Part shown: positions 11,411 to 24,328 of the stretch, piece after piece
Layout: the number at the start of each line of letters is the position of its first letter
Position numbering within the stretch: the first letter of the stretch is position 1
DNA from: Leucoraja erinacea
Taxonomy: Eukaryota
Length of the DNA stretch: 64,000 nt
NCBI RefSeq assembly: GCF_028641065.1
Contig: NC_073378.1
Coordinates: 23,870,001-23,934,000, forward strand
Reading direction: 5' to 3'
Notes under the pieces: model-generated
Database searches by the model: none
The model's input: only the letters and a program-made list of their open reading frames with translations
What the model was told of the DNA's origin: nothing
Translations under genes and position numbers: made by a program

Positions 11411-11870
11411 ATTAATTGTAATGCTAATACTTGGGCCTTTGCTGATATGCCGGGATGATTACCCAATATTACTGATTATTAATCCATTGCATTATTGATT
11501 ATATATGCTGCGCCCGTTCTCCTTTATCTGTACGTTGTGAGCGGCTTGCTTGCATTTACCGGGTAGCTCGCAACAAAAGCTTTTCCCTGTACCTGGTGGC
11601 AATAGTAAACTGCATCAATGTATTTACATGTATCTGTATGTTGTTGCTTTAACCGGCCTGTTAAGGTGCAGCAACTGAGAATGTCATTGTTCTGATGTCG
11701 CTGCACGCAACAACCAAACACTCTTGTCTTCATTCTACACTTGACATTTAAACACCATTTGGACAGGTACACATGTAGGAAGGAGCTGCAGACGCTGGTT
11801 TAAACCGATAGACACAAAGTGCTGGAGGAACTCAGCAGGTCAGGCAGCATCTATGGAGAGAAGGAATGGG

Positions 11871-11899
11871 TGACGTTTCGGGTCAAGACCCTTCTTCAG
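11871..11899 (-). ncRNA. Minimal type I hammerhead ribozyme motif in a Penelope-derived short repeat
   Basis: Minus strand reads CTGAAGA-AGGGTC-TT-GACCC-GAAAC-GTCA, i.e. the CUGANGA core, stem II, GAAA, a palindromic minimal stem III and a GUC cleavage triplet. Confidence 0.65.
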
Positions 11900-12295
11900 A
11901 CTGAAGGTCTGGTTACTTGGCTTGGTACAAGTGTAAATTGTCCCTAGTGTGTGTAGGATAGTGTTAATGTGCGGGGATCGCTGGTCGGAGGAGACTCGGT
12001 GGGCCTGTTTCCGCGCTGTATCTCTAAACTGAATCCCGTCCGGCTAACAGGGCTGTGTAGGGCCGAGTGCCGGGACACGGTGACATGTGGCTCTGATCTC
12101 CACAAAGCCAATCGCGTATCGAACAGCGCCACAGGTCAATGGGCCTCTGGTGCTTGGAGTCGGTCCACAGACACAGAGAGGAAATTGGCTGTTACTCCGG
12201 CTGTTTGTGTCTATCAGTGCCTTGGAGAGTGGGCTGGACAACGTGTGACGCAGCTGGTCACGGCTCCCCTGATCTACGCTAGTCCCACACACTTA

Positions 12296-12461
12296 TGGAC
12301 CTGTCCCACTGAGGCGACTCTTTAGGCGACTGTCAGGGACTAGTTTTATTAGCATTCACCTACGACACCTCGCGACAACCTACGGCAACCTCCAACAGCA
12401 AAAATTATTGCCACTGTCGCTTGTAGTCGCCCAAAAGATCGCCTAAGAGGGACAAGCCCTT
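12296..12461. mobile_element. Small MITE with Harbinger-like terminal inverted repeats
   Basis: ggacctgtcccactgaggcga ... tcgcctaagagggacaagccc imperfect TIRs. Confidence 0.5.
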
Positions 12462-12616
12462 CAGGCTGCGGCTCGGTGCATCCTGGAGGACAACCAGTGG
12501 CTGCTGGAAGTAGGTACCAAGCACTGGGTAGAAATGGTGGAAGATAGTGGCCTTCAAATGGGGTGGTTGGAGAAAGCATCCTGCTTGCCTGCTATATTTT
12601 CACTTACTGTGTGTAA

Positions 12617-12950
12617 CTGCAGGAAAAATGTTCCCGATGTTGGGGGCGTTCAGAACCAGGGGTCACAGTTTAAGAATAAAGAATAGGCCAGTTAGGACTG
12701 AGATGAGGACAAACTTTCTTCAACCAGAGAGTTGTGAATCTGTGGAATTCTCTGCCACAGAAGTCAGTGGAAGCCAATTCACTGGATGTTTTCATTTAGT
12801 TCTTGGGGCTAACGAAATCAAGGGATATGGGGAAAACACAGGAAAGAGGTATTGATTTTAGATGAACAGCCATGATCATATTGAATGGCAGTGCTAGCTC
12901 GAAGGGCCGAATGGCCTATTCCTGCACCTATTTTCTATGTTTCTATGCTT
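12617..12950 (+). mobile_element. CR1 LINE 3' end
   Basis: AGKMFPMLG..RTRGHSLRIK..RTEMR motif plus the conserved 3' UTR. Confidence 0.8.
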
Positions 12951-15399
12951 GAGTATATGGCAATAAAATTCAATCACATGATTTTGAAGCATTCATGCAT
13001 GGTGGAGGTATAATGTAGTCATAGAGTGATACAGTGTGAAAACAGGCCCTTCGGCGCAACTTGCCCACACCCGCCAACATGTCCCAGCTACACTACCTGC
13101 TTTTGGTCCATATCCCTCCAAACCTGTCCTATCCATGTATCAGTCTAACTGTTTCTTAAATGTTGGGATAGCCCCTGCCTCAACTATCTCCTCTGGCAGC
13201 TTTTTCCATACACCCACCACCTTTTGTGTGGAAAATGTTACCCATTAAAAAGTTACCTCTTAAAAATACTTCAAACAAAAATCATTGAAATCATACTTCT
13301 ACAGTGCACGAAAACATGATTTTAATACATCATATTTCAAAAAGTCCCTACACCCAACTTGGTTGCTCCACTCCCTCGCCAGGAACCCCCAAGGCGAGTG
13401 ATAGTGATCGCTCAGCCTCCCCACTTTCAAAAACGCTCCGTGGCCCCTGGTTCAGACGGGGATCACTGCCAGATGTGAGCGGGGAACTGAGGCCAGTTGT
13501 CCGTAATGTGTGGATCCCAATGCTCAGCTCTTCGTGTTTCGGAGTTGGCTAATGTTATTGATTTTTAAATCGCCTGATGGTAATTAGTTGGCAAAACCTT
13601 AATTTATTAATCTGGAATATCCAGGGGGATGGGATAAGTGTAATATTAAAATGACATGCAAGGTGTCAGGCTGTCTGTCACAACGTACAGCCCCGATAAC
13701 CCATTATTTCCTTCAGTAAAATATTGGGAAGATAGCACTATTGTCATTTGCCACTCAACTATTATGTTTGTTTAGCTCGCTGACTATTTCTAACCATCCC
13801 CTCTCCCCAAATTCCTTTGACAGGTTGAATCGAAATGTCCTCAATCTCGTTGTTTTATCAATTGAACACGTAGATGAACATCCTCAAGGAGCATAATCAG
13901 ATGGAAACTGATTCAGATGCGATGTTCAAAGGCTTGTTCAAAGAAGGGGCATATTTTAAAGGAGTGACAGAGATACTTGCAGGTGAATGTGTGAGGTTAT
14001 TATTTGCCTTTAATTTTAGCTTGAACCTAGACATCTGAAGATTCAAAGTTTAATTTAGTAATTGTGCTGATACTGACCCAAACCAACCACGTAATGATTA
14101 TCATCCATGCCGGAGGTTTTATTTTTCTGATGCCATTTAAACTTCACTTGGATTTCAATCACTTCAATGTAAAAGTAATCAGGAATGGGGAACATTGGAA
14201 CAAAAATTTGCCCTCGGTACATATTAACTGTAATATAATAATGTATGCATGTTGGTAGGTGCAATCAAAACAAATATCTTTTTATCTTTGTTGTGTCATG
14301 AATACCACAGAAAATATGAAGTATTCTCAAGATCACATTTAATAGAATAATATTGCTTAAATATATAGTTATTGGACTTTGCATTTCGGAAACGTCCCAG
14401 CTGTGAGGAAGACAGCAAAATACTGAAAATATTGGGGGTGAAAATGACTTCCTTGTTAGGAAAATGAAGGAAATGGTACAGCTGAGTGAGTATAATTTCA
14501 TGGATGAGAAATTGTGTTCAACCAATTGATGACTTATTTGACAAAGTAACTAGCATGTTAGATAACAAGGAACCCAATGGATGTAGCACATTTTGTTATA
14601 CAAAATTTGGCGCGTGAAGTGCCCCATAAAAGATTACCGCATTAGATAAGCACCTGTGGTCTTGAATGCAATAGGTTGGCCAGGGGGTCAGATATGGGGC
14701 TTTATGTGTGGGCCAGATATATTGTCAGTGCAGAGGGTCTAGGAGCAAGGCCAAGTGTGCATCCAGAGTTAAGGTCTGGAATAGTACTAGGTGTGCAGTC
14801 AAAGCTGGGACAATGGGAATGTTCAGCACTAGGAACCTAAGCAGGTCAGCAGCTATGATCAGGGTTGAATAGAAGGCCAGGTGTAAGGCTGGACTCAGGT
14901 CAGGACTGAGAGAAGGTATGCAACTGGAGTGAGGGTCAGGAGTAGTACCAGAAGTGAGACCCAGGTTGGTCAACATGGGCCAAGTGTGTGATTATAATCT
15001 GATTTCCAAACATAAATATACTATGATCATTCATGTGCTACATCTGTTGACCAGAGCCTGGCTGCACTGTGGAATGTAATTAGGAATGTAATATAGCCTA
15101 ACCTTATTCATAGCTAATCCAATTTAAAGCATAAATATTGCATTCAAGTGTCAGTTAAAAGACTAGCTATAGTATGCACCAGATTGCACAATTTCAAGCT
15201 GAAAAATGCAAAAGCTCCATACCAATGAGAAGGTGCCCCCCCCTCCCCCCCCCGTCGCTGCGCTCCCTCGAGCTTGGTCTGTCGTAATTTCTCACTCCCA
15301 ACTCTCACCCAATGTTGGCAGCCCTGGAGAGGGGTAGAGGGAGGGAGCGGGGGAGAGAGGGAGAGGGGAGAGATGGGGGTTGGGGGGCTGTGGGGGGGA

Positions 15400-15740
15400 A
15401 GGGGAAGCCATGTTTCCGCCTCCAGGCCGCCTTTACTCCCGACCTCTCTCCCTGCGCCGCCTCACCTCTGATGCAAGCCACGTCTTTTGCACATTGATCA
15501 ATGCAGCGCTGGGGACCCCCGCGGCCACTCGGCCGGTTCTCGCACCCCGGGGCCCGCAATAGTCGCGCCTTAAGTCGGGGCGGCGGCCCCTTTAAGGGGC
15601 GGAGCCGGGTCGCGGCGCCATTGGCCGGAGGGAGGCGGAAGCGGCGCTGCCATTGGCGGAGGCCGCTGTCAGTCAGTCAGTCAGGCGGCCGCAGGGTCCT
15701 GACGCCCCGTCAGACCGTCGCTCTCTGTGTGTGAGCGTGT
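15400..15740. promoter_or_regulatory. CpG-island promoter of BOLA2, probably bidirectional
   Basis: CpG-rich; GC boxes (GGGGCGG), two ATTGG (CCAAT) boxes at about 15620 and 15653, and an ETS-like GCGGAAG. A minus-strand donor CAGAG|GTGAGG near 15465 suggests a divergent transcript. Confidence 0.6.
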
Positions 15741-16580
15741 CTGTGTCTCTCTCTGTCTGTCTGTCTGTGTCTCTCTCTCTGTGTCTCCCTGTGTGTGTCT
15801 GTGTCTTTCTATCTCCTCCACCCCCCGCATTGCAGACGCGGACACAACTTGCAAACTTCACTCCGACTCCTGGTTAGTTATTCAGTGAAATATCTCAGAA
15901 TGGAGGCGCGGGAAAGAAATGCAATCTCATCTCAACTCTCTCTCTCCCCCTCCCCAAAAACCCCCCCCCCCCCTCCACCCTCCCCCACCCCTCTCCACCA
16001 AGGAACAACCCCACGCCCCCCGTCCACTTCTCAATAGCTCTCTCCGTCCCCACCACCCCTCAACAGCGCCCCGACTCAATGGAGGCGAGGGAAAGAATGC
16101 ATCTCATCTCATCTCAAGCCCTCTCTCTCTCCCCCCTCCCCCCCCCTCCCCCCCTCCCCCCCTCCCCCCACCCACCCCCCCCCCCCCCTCATTCCCCCCT
16201 CCCCCCCATACCCCACCCCCTCCCTCCATCCCTCATTCCCTCCCCCACCCCCCCCCACCCCCTCTCTCCCCCCCCCCCCTCCCTCCCCTTCCCTCCCCCC
16301 CCTCACTCACCCCCCTCCCCCCCCTACACCTCCCACCACCCTCTCTCTCCACCCCCCCCCCCCGCGTCACTCCCCCTCCCCCACCCCCCACTCCCCCCCT
16401 TTCTCTCCCCCCCACCCCCCACCTCCTCCTCCCCCCCCCCTACCCCCTACCCCCCTCGCTCCTAGCCCCCCCCACCCCTCCACCCCCCCTCTCTCTCTCC
16501 CCCCCCCCCTCACTCTCTCTTCCCCCCCCTCCCTCACAACACAACTCTCTCTCCCCCCCGCCCTCTCTCTCCCCCCCAGG

Positions 16581-16646
16581 ATGACGGAACTGACGGCCGC
16601 GGGTGTCCGGGACAAGTTGCTCAAAGAGTTAAAGGCGGAGCATGTG
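16581..16646 (+). CDS. BOLA2: BolA-like protein 2, coding exon 1 (MTELTAAGVRDKLLKELKAEHV)
   Basis: Acceptor cccccag|G before the ATG, donor GTG|GTGAGA; matches the BOLA2 N-terminus (human MELSAEYLREKLQRDLEAEHV). Confidence 0.9.
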
Positions 16647-16726
16647 GTGAGAGAGAGAGGGTGTTGGGTTAAATGTCAACTTGCTTGGTATGGACAAGGT
16701 GGGCCGAAGGGCCTCATGTTCCTTTG

Positions 16727-17330
16727 TGATAGGACCAGAATCAGGCCGTTCGGCCCATCAAGTCTACTCCGTCATTCAATCATGGCTGATCTATCTCTCC
16801 CTCCCAACCCCATTCTCCTGCCTTCTCCCCATAACCCCTGACACCCGCACTAATCAAGAGTCTGTCAATCTCCGCCTTAAAAATATCCACTGACTTGGCC
16901 TCTACAGCCGTCTGTGGCAATGAATTCCACAGATTCACCACCCTCTGGCTAAAGAAATTCCTCCTCATCTCCTTCCTAAAGGAACGTCCTTTAATTCTGA
17001 GGCTGTGACCTCTGGTGCTAGACTCTCCCACTAGTGGAAACATCCTCTCCACATCCACTCTATCCAGGCCTTTCACTGCTCGGTGACGTTTCAATGCCCC
17101 CCCCCCCCCCCCCCCATCTCCCTTGCTTACGCACAGACTATTGTCTATTGTCCTTTAATTCTGAGGCTGCGCCCTCTGGTCCTAGACTCTCCCACTAGTG
17201 GAAACATCCTCTCCACATCCACCCTATCCGAGCCTTTCACGGTTCGGTGACGTTTCAGTGAGATCCCCTCCCCATTCTTCTAAACTCCAGCAAGTACAGG
17301 CCCAGTGCCGACAAACGCTCATCCTACGTT
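16727..17330 (-). mobile_element. CR1 LINE 3' fragments in a BOLA2 intron
   Basis: KGLDRVDVERMFPLVGESSTRGHSLRIKGRSFRKEMRRNFFSQRVVNLWNSLP. Confidence 0.85.
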
Positions 17331-17767
17331 TAATTCTGCTCCTATGTCTTGTAGTCAGTGGATCTGATGCAGAGGATGTTTGTTTAAGAAAGAACTGCAG
17401 ATGCTGGTAAAATCAAAGTGCTGGGGTAACTCAGTGGGTCAGATTAGAGGGTTCCAGCTACAGGGAGAGGATGCAGAGCAGGTTTCCTGGATTAGGGGGT
17501 TCAGCTCCAGGGGGAGGCTTTATAGACTTGGATATTTTCTCTGGATCGTTGGAGTTTGAGGGGAGAGCTGATAGACGTTTATAAAATGACCAGAGGTGTA
17601 GACAGGGTCAACAGTCACAACCTTTCCCCCCAGGGCGGAGATGTCCAGGACTAGAGGGTAAAGCTTGAAGGTGAGAGGGTCACAGAGACACATTTCTCTG
17701 GGACGTCGGGGGTTGAGGGGTGAGCTGATCATTTGTAAAGTTGTTACAAGATGTCTGTCCCCAACAG

Positions 17768-17865
17768 GAAGTGGAGGACATCACCGCACAGAAATGTTCG
17801 ACCAGTTTCAAGGTGCTGGTCGTGGCGGAAGTGTTCGGCTCAAAGGCTCTGCTCCAGAGACACAG
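17768..17865 (+). CDS. BOLA2: BolA-like protein 2, coding exon 2 (EVEDITAQKCSTSFKVLVVAEVFGSKALLQRHR)
   Basis: ccaacag|GAA acceptor and CACAG|GTGAGG donor; phases 0 and 2 fit the flanking exons; conserved Cys and the LLQRHR motif. Confidence 0.92.
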
Positions 17866-18147
17866 GTGAGGGGTCACAGAGACACAGCGTCGAAACACCC
17901 ACAGATGGGCGATCGTTTCGCTCAACACCTTTGTTCAGTCCGCCTGGACCGACCTGATCTCCCGGTTGCCAAACACTTTAACTCGTCTGACAGACACAGA
18001 GTGCTGGAGTAACTCAGCGGGTCAGGCAGCATCTGTGGAGAGGAGTGGGTGACGTTTTGGGTCGAGACCCTTATTCAGACAGCCTGAAACGTCACCTATC
18101 CATGTTCTCCAGAGATGCTGTCTGACCCGCTGAGTTAGTTAACAAAG

Positions 18148-19955
18148 ATTAGTTAAAACAAATGTAGGTCCCTTGCAGTCAGAAACAGGTGAATTGATCA
18201 TGGGGAACAAAGACATGGCAGACCAATTGAATAACTACTTTGGTTCTGTCTTCACAAAGGAAGACATAAATAATCTGCCCGAAATAGCAGGGGACCGGGG
18301 GTCAAATGAGATGGAGGAACTGAGTGAAATCCAGGTCAGCCGGGAAGTGGTGTTAGGTAAATTGAATGGATTACAGGCCGATAAATCCCCAGGGCCAGAT
18401 AGGTTGCATCCCTGAGTACTTAAGGAAGTAGCCCCAGAGATAGTGGATGCATTAATGATAATTTTTCAAAACTCTTTAGATTCTGGAGTAGTTCCTGAGG
18501 ATTGGAGGGTAGCTAATGTAACCCCACTTTTTAAAAAGGGAGGGAGAGAGAAAACAGGGAATTACAGACCAGTTAGTCTAACATCGGTAGTGGGGAAACT
18601 GCTACAGTTATTAAAGATGGGATAGCAGCATATTTGGAAAGTGGTGAAATCATAGGGCAAAGTCAGCATGGATTTACGAAAGGTAAATCATGTCTGACGA
18701 ATCTTATAGAATTTTTCGAGGCTGTAACTAGTAGAGTGGATAAGGGAGAACCAGTGGATGTGTTATATCTGGACTTTCAGAAGGCTTTCGACAAGGTCCC
18801 ACATAAGAGATTAGTATACAAACTTAAAGCACACGGTATTGGGGATTCAGTATTGATGTGGATAGAGAACTGGCTAGCAGACAGGAAGCTAAAAGAGGAG
18901 GAGTAAACGGGTCCTTTTCACGATGGCTGGCAGTGACTAGTGGGGTACCCCAAGGCTCAGTGCTGGGACCCCAGCTATTTACAATATATATTAATGATTT
19001 GGACGAGGGAATTGAATGCAACATCTCCAAGTTTGTGGATGACACGAAGCTGGGGGGCAGCGTTAGCTGTGAGGAGGATGCTAGGAGGCTGCAAGATGAC
19101 TTGGATAGGCTGGGTGAGTGGGCAAATGCATGGCAGATGCAGTATAATGTGGATAAATGTGAGGTTATCCACTTTGGTGGTAAAAAAAGGAAAGTAGACT
19201 ATTATCTGAATGGTGGCCGATTAGGAAAAGGGGAGATGCAACGAGACCTGGGTGTCATGGTACACCAGTCATTCAAAGTAGGCATGCAGGTGCTGCAGGC
19301 TGTGAAGAAAGACAATGGTATGTTAGCATTCATAGCAAAATGATTTGAGTATAGGAGCAGGGAGGTTCTACTGCAGTTGTACAGGGTCTTGGTGAGACCA
19401 CACCTGGAGTATTGCGTACAGTTTTGGTCTCCTAATCTGAGAAAAGACATTCTTGCCATACCCGGAGTGGAGAGAAGGTTCACCAGACTGATTCCTGGAA
19501 TGTCAGGACTTTCATATGAAGATAGACTGGATAGACTCGGCTTGTACTCCCTAGAATTTAGAAGATTGAGGGGGGATCTTATAGAAACTTACACAATTCT
19601 TAAGGGGTTGGACAGGCTAGATGCAGGAAGATTGTTCCCGATGTTGGGGAAGTCCAGAACAAGGGGGTCACAGTCTAAGGATAAGGGGGAAACCTTTTAG
19701 GACCGAGATGAGAAAAACGTTTTTCATACAGAGAGTGGTGAATCTCTGGAATTATCTACCACAGAAGGTAGTTGAGGCCAGTTCATTGGCTATATTTAAG
19801 AGGGAGTTAGATGTGGCCCTTGTGGCTAAAGGGATCAGGGGGTATGGAGAGAAGGCAGGTACAGGATACTGAGTTGGATGATCAGCCATGATCATATTGA
19901 ATGGCGGTGCAGGCTCGAAGGGCCGAATGGCCTACTCCTGCACCTAATTTCCATG
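18148..19955 (+). mobile_element. 5'-truncated CR1 LINE (ORF2 RT plus 3' UTR), degraded
   Basis: DKSPGPDRLHP, NYRPVSLTSVVGK, QHGFTKGKSCLTNL, YLDFQKAFDKVPH, GVPQGSVLGP, KFVDDTK, LVRPHLEYCVQFWSP. Confidence 0.95.
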
Positions 19956-20279
19956 TTACTCCAGCGCTCTGTCTCTTTGGTCGGTGAAAACCAGCGTCAG
20001 CAGTTCCTTCCGACAAACCTCATATTTCGCTTGGGCAACTCACAACCCATTTCCAGCAACTTCCGTCGGCAGTCACGGTGGCGCAGCGGTAGAGTTGCCG
20101 CCTAACGGCGCCAGAGACCCGCGTTCCATCCCGACCGCGGGTGCTGTCTGTACGGTGTTTGCACGTTCTCTCCCCGTGAACCGCATGGGTTTTCTCCAGG
20201 CGCTTCGGTTTCCTCCCACACTCCAAAGACGTGCGGGTTTATAGGTTAATCGCCTTCGGTGAAGATTGTAAATTGTCCC

Positions 20280-20318
<39 letters not shown>

Positions 20319-20438
20319 GATAGTGTTAGTGTGTGGGCGATCGCTGGTCGGTGGGGAGGGGGTGACAGAGACGGGGAGAGGAGGGGGTGAGGAGGTGCAT
20401 GACGATGACCTCTGTGTCCCCCCCCCGTTTCTCTACAG

Positions 20439-20553
20439 GATGGTGAACGAGGTTCTGAAGGAGGAGATGAAGTCGATCCACGCACTGGAGCTGAAGACAT
20501 TCACCCTGGAGCAGTGGAGGGGAGCGGCTCATGGTCCTGAGGTCAAGAGCTGA
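20439..20553 (+). CDS. BOLA2: BolA-like protein 2, coding exon 3 (MVNEVLKEEMKSIHALELKTFTLEQWRGAAHGPEVKS*)
   Basis: ttctctacag|G acceptor; IHALELKTFTLEQW resembles human IHAFEQKTLTPDQW with the conserved His; the spliced protein is about 92 aa; AATAAA at about 21041. Confidence 0.92.
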
Positions 20554-22029
20554 ACCCCAACTCGCACGTCCTCCTCCAACCCCTCGAGTTCCCCCTCCCC
20601 TCCCCCCATCATGTCCACCCTCTTCCCCCCCCATCATGTCCACCCTCTTCCCCCCCAATCATCCCCCCTCCCATCATCCCCCCCCTACCCCCCCCATCAT
20701 GTCCCACCCAACTCCCCTCCCCATCACACTCCCCCCCCACTCCCCCCCCCCCACCATGGCCCCCCCTCTTCTCCCATCCCCCTCATCATGTCCCCCCCCT
20801 TTCTCCCCTCCCCATCATGCCCCCCCCTTTCTTCCCTTCCCTCACCCCCATCATGGCCCCCCCTCTCTTCTCTCCCCCTCCCCCCACATCTATATAATTA
20901 AAAGTCTAAACTTGACCACCATGTTTGCATTGTATATTGATTTTAGAAAAAACGCTACCACTTACGGCTGTGATTTTTGGCCATCTTACTCAGAGTCCCC
21001 TCCGCTGCGCAGGACAAGAGGATTTTTCCCATCGACTAAAAATAAAAAATAAAAGCCCCAGGTTCCCAGCCAAGGTCTGTAGAATCATAGAAATACAAAT
21101 AATGTCTATTATAGACTTTATATCTCTATGGTAGAATGGAAAATAATCAAAATGTGCGCTTAAAAAGTGCCTGCGAGTTAATGGACCAAACAGATCTAAG
21201 CTACATTTCAATATAAAATTGCATACATGTAAGCCTACAAGTAACAAACAAAATGTGTAGATCACCTCTGTAAAGTACATAGTTACAATATCACTTGGTT
21301 TTAGTGACTGAAATGAAAAAAATAATAATTAGATCCTGGAAAACCAGTTGGGGAAAAACCAGTCCAGGCATTAAATTTTGGGCTTCAGCCCCATCTTACC
21401 CTTTGGGCTTTACCCCGTCCTAACTTAGTTGTGTGTGGGTGTTTGTTGTAGTTGGCTGTGCGTTATGTGTGCGTGTGTATGTGGGAGGGAAGGAGAGAAG
21501 AGTAGGAGAGATGGGATGAAGGAGAGAAGGAAGCGAGGGAAGTAGAGAAAGAAGGGAGGTAGGGAAGGAGAGAAAGAAGGGAGGGAGGGAAGGAGAGAAG
21601 GGAAAACAGAGAGGAAGGAGAGAAATGAGAGAAGGAAAGAGAGAGGAGGGAGAGAGGGAAGGAGTGAAGGGAGGGAGGGAAGAGGAGGAGAGAAGGGAGG
21701 GATAGAAGAGGAGGAGAGAAGGGAGTGAGAGTGCTGGCGGCAGGAGCGGATGCCGGGGTCAGGGCGGATGGGCGTAAGCTGAGGATGAGGTTTGTTAACG
21801 TTGCTCTAACCCCCAGCCTGGCCCTCCATGTATTGTTCACCGCATCTCCCCAGGAAGAGAGGGGTGGAGCCGGGGCTGTGTGCGTGCAGCATGGCGACTG
21901 GAGGTGCGGGAGCGCCGCCCTGGGACCGTGATGGAACGACCCACCTACCCCTTCTCCATTCCCGCTCGCACCCCCTCCCCGTCTACCCCTTTCTTTCCCC
22001 TTTACCCCTCTACTATCTCTCCCCCCTCC

Positions 22030-22367
22030 ACCCGGGGTAAATCCACTTGGGCCGAGAGCAGATTACTCCGGCGCGGGCCTCCCTTAGGCACTTAAGGCCA
22101 GCCATAGAGCGGAATAGATGACATTTCGGGTCGAAACCCTTCTTCAGTCTGACAGTCAAGGGAAAGGGAAATGGGAGATATAGGCAAATCTTCCATTCAT
22201 TTGACCCTAGTACCATCCATCTCCGTTGCTCCTCTTTCCCCTGACTCAGTCTGAAGAAGGCTCTCGACCCAAAATGTCATCTATTCCGCTCTATGGCTGG
22301 CCTTAAGTGCCTAAGGGGGGCCCGCACCAGAGTAATCTGCTCTCGGCTCAGGTGGATCCACCCCGGG
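22030..22367. repeat. Inverted repeat, arms about 150 bp, spacer about 40 bp
   Basis: 22030-22180 (ccccggggtaaatccacttgggccgagagcagattactcc...ttaggcacttaaggccagccatagagcggaatagatgacattt...) is the reverse complement of 22219-22367. Confidence 0.85.
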
Positions 22368-24328
22368 TCCATTTTCTGAGTTACATCTTCAAAAAATTCC
22401 AGAAGATTAGTCAAGCATGATTTCCCCTTTATAAATCCATGCTGACTCGGACCGATCCTGTTGCTTCTATCCAAATGTGCGGCCATCTCATCTTTTATAA
22501 TTGACTCCAGCATCTTCCCCACCACCGATGTCAGGCTAACTGGTCTATAATTCACAGTTTCTCTCTCCCGTCTTTCTTAAAAAGTGGGATAACATTAGCT
22601 ACCCTCAAATTCACAGGAACTGATCCTGAGTCCATCGAACATAGGAAAATTATCACCAATGCGTCCACAATTTCTAGAGCCATTTCCTTAAGTAACCTTG
22701 GGATGCAGACCATCAGGCCCTGTGGATTTATCAGCCTTCAGTCCCATCAGTCTATCCAACACCATTTCCTGCCTAATGTGGATTTCCTTCAGTTCCTCTG
22801 TCACCCCAGATCTTCTGGCCACTACTATATCAGGAAGATTGTTTGTGTCCTCCTTAGTGAAGACAGATCCAAAGTACCTGTTCAACTCATCTGCCATTTC
22901 CTTGTTCCCCATAATAAATTCACTTTTTTGGGTCTTCAAGGGTCCAGCTTTGACAACTATTTTTTGCCTCTTCACATACCTAAAGAAGCTTTCACTATCC
23001 TGCTTTATATTCTTGGCTAGCTTACCTTCGTACCTCATCTTTTCTCCCCGTATTGTCTTTTTGGTTATCTTCTGTTGCTCTTTAAACATTACCCAATCCT
23101 CTTGCTTCCCGCTCATCTTTGCTACAATGTATTTCTTCGCTTTAATTTTTATACTGTCCCTGACGTCCCTTGTCAGCCACGGTCGCCCCTTACTCCCCTT
23201 GGAATCTTTCTTCCTCCTAGGAATGAACTGATCCTGCACCTTCTGTATTATTCCGAGAAACATTTGCCATTTTTGTTCCACTGTCATCCCTGCTAGTGTA
23301 TCTTTCCAGTCAACTTTGGCCAGCTCCTCCCTCATGGCCCCATAGTCCCCTTTATTCAACTGTAACACTGACACCTCCGATCTACTCTTCTCCCTCTCCA
23401 ATTGTAGATTAAACCTGACCATGTTATGGTCACTGCCTCCTAATGGCTCATTAACCTCGAGGTCCTTTATCAAATCCTGTTCATTACATAACACTAAATC
23501 CAGAATTGCCTTCTCCCTGGTAGGCTCCAATACAAGCTGCTCAAAGAATCCATCACAAAGGCACTCTACAAAGTCCCTTTCTTGGGGTCCAGTACCAACC
23601 TGATTTTCCCAGTCTACCTGCATGTTGAAATCTCCCATAACAACCACAGCATTACTTTTACTACATGCCAATTTTAACTCCTGATTCAACTTGCGCCCTA
23701 TGTCCAGGCTACTGTTTGGGGGCCTGTAGATTAGTCCCATTAGGGTCTTTTTACCCTTACAATTCCTTAGTTATATCCATACTGACTCCACATCTCCTGT
23801 TTCAATGTCACCCCTTGCAAGGGACTGAATTTCATTCCTCACCAACAGAGCAACTCCACCCCCTCTGTCTGTCTTTTCGATAGGAAGTATACCCTTGAAT
23901 ATTCAGTTCCTAGCCCTGGCCCTCTTGCAGCCTGTCTCAGTAATTCCCACATCATACTTGCCAGTTTCTAACTGAGCCTCAAGCTTGTCCACTTTATTCC
24001 TTATACTTCGCGCATTAATATACAGCACTTTGACCTCCGTATTCACTTCCCCCCTCGCAATTGGCCCTGACCTTACTCTGTTGTCCATTCTCGAGCTTTC
24101 CTTCCCATTAATTCGAGAATCAGTTGTCATTTTTCCTGGAGCCACTTCCCCTTCAACTACATCTTTATACTCCCAATTTGTCAATCCCTCCCCTCCCCCC
24201 CACTATTTGGTTTAAACCCACACGTGTAGCCCTAGCAAACCTGCCTGCCAGAATGTCGGTCCCCCTCCAGTTAAGGTGTAACCTGTCCCTTTTGTAAAGG
24301 TCACCCCTGCCCCAGAAGAGATCCCAGT
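22368..24328 (-). mobile_element. CR1 LINE internal fragment (ORF1 end, APE endonuclease, RT start)
   Basis: VLYINARSIRNK, YDVGITET, IYRPPN, MGDFN, LDLVL, SDHNMV, KSTGPDGLHP, NYRPVSLTS. Confidence 0.95.

Noticed and set aside
11900-15560. SLX1 head-to-head with BOLA2 as in mammals
   Set aside because: No SLX1 GIY-YIG motifs (VYLL, YVGFT, QHN) were found on the minus strand; the GIY-YIG-like bits in the window are Penelope-derived
15919-16584. 221-aa proline-rich ORF (and similar at 20531-21052)
   Set aside because: Translation of poly-C low-complexity intronic or UTR DNA
20072-20150. tRNA gene-like A/B boxes
   Set aside because: Head of a V-SINE followed by the SINE core; no complete cloverleaf
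20888-21050. Helitron-like 5' end (A|TCTATATAATTAAAAG)
   Set aside because: No 3' hairpin or CTAG terminus identified, so the evidence is insufficient
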